In this document: positions 63,929 through 64,000 of the stretch, in pieces
Position numbering within the stretch: position 1 is the stretch's first letter
Layout of the letters: each line of letters starts with the position of its first letter
Assembly (NCBI RefSeq): GCF_030028105.1
Contig: NC_092400.1
Span: 29,966,206 to 30,030,205, forward strand
DNA: 64,000 bases
Direction: 5' to 3'
Origin: Mobula birostris
Lineage: Eukaryota
The notes under the pieces: model-generated
Databases searched by the model: none
Seen by the model: the letters and a program-made list of their open reading frames with translations, nothing else
What the model was told of the DNA's origin: nothing
Program-made: the position numbers and the translations under genes

Positions 63929-64000
63929 CTAAAAATATTGCGAAGTTTGATGCATTAATAAAGCTAAATTCATTTATAATAAATTAATAAAAATATACCA

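Noticed and set aside
1-64000. CRISPR arrays, operons or other prokaryotic systems
   Set aside because: The sequence is vertebrate, with spliceosomal introns and LINE/SINE content; no regularly spaced direct repeats seen

Overview
Eukaryotic, repeat-rich genomic DNA from a cartilaginous fish, probably a ray (judged from HE1/V-type SINEs and CR1, Rex/Babar, RTE, L1 and Penelope repeats). All host genes are on the minus strand. From right to left: (1) the last four coding exons of an NLRP1/CARD8-like FIIND-CARD gene (63928-56638; 5' end outside the window) whose FIIND self-cleavage residues are replaced and whose CARD is followed by a C-terminal transmembrane tail; (2) an intronless acylphosphatase (ACYP1-like, 55112-54807) at a CpG promoter with ZNF143 and X-box-like motifs; (3) a full-length but decayed Gmr1-type Ty3/gypsy element (46652-53109, + strand, order PR-INT-RT-RH); (4) a complete 4-exon TMEM17A-like gene (39268-31102, 211 aa) with candidate alternative last exons; (5) a CpG-island promoter (~19.3-20.2 kb) and putative 5'UTR exons of an unidentified gene that continues off the left edge. 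Other elements: a DD34E Tc1 transposon, a hAT MITE, a solo LTR, young tRNA-derived SINEs with TSDs, Penelope-associated minimal hammerhead ribozyme motifs and a perfect 46-bp hairpin. Exon models come from hand translation and splice-site reading; family assignments rest on recalled motifs, with no database search.
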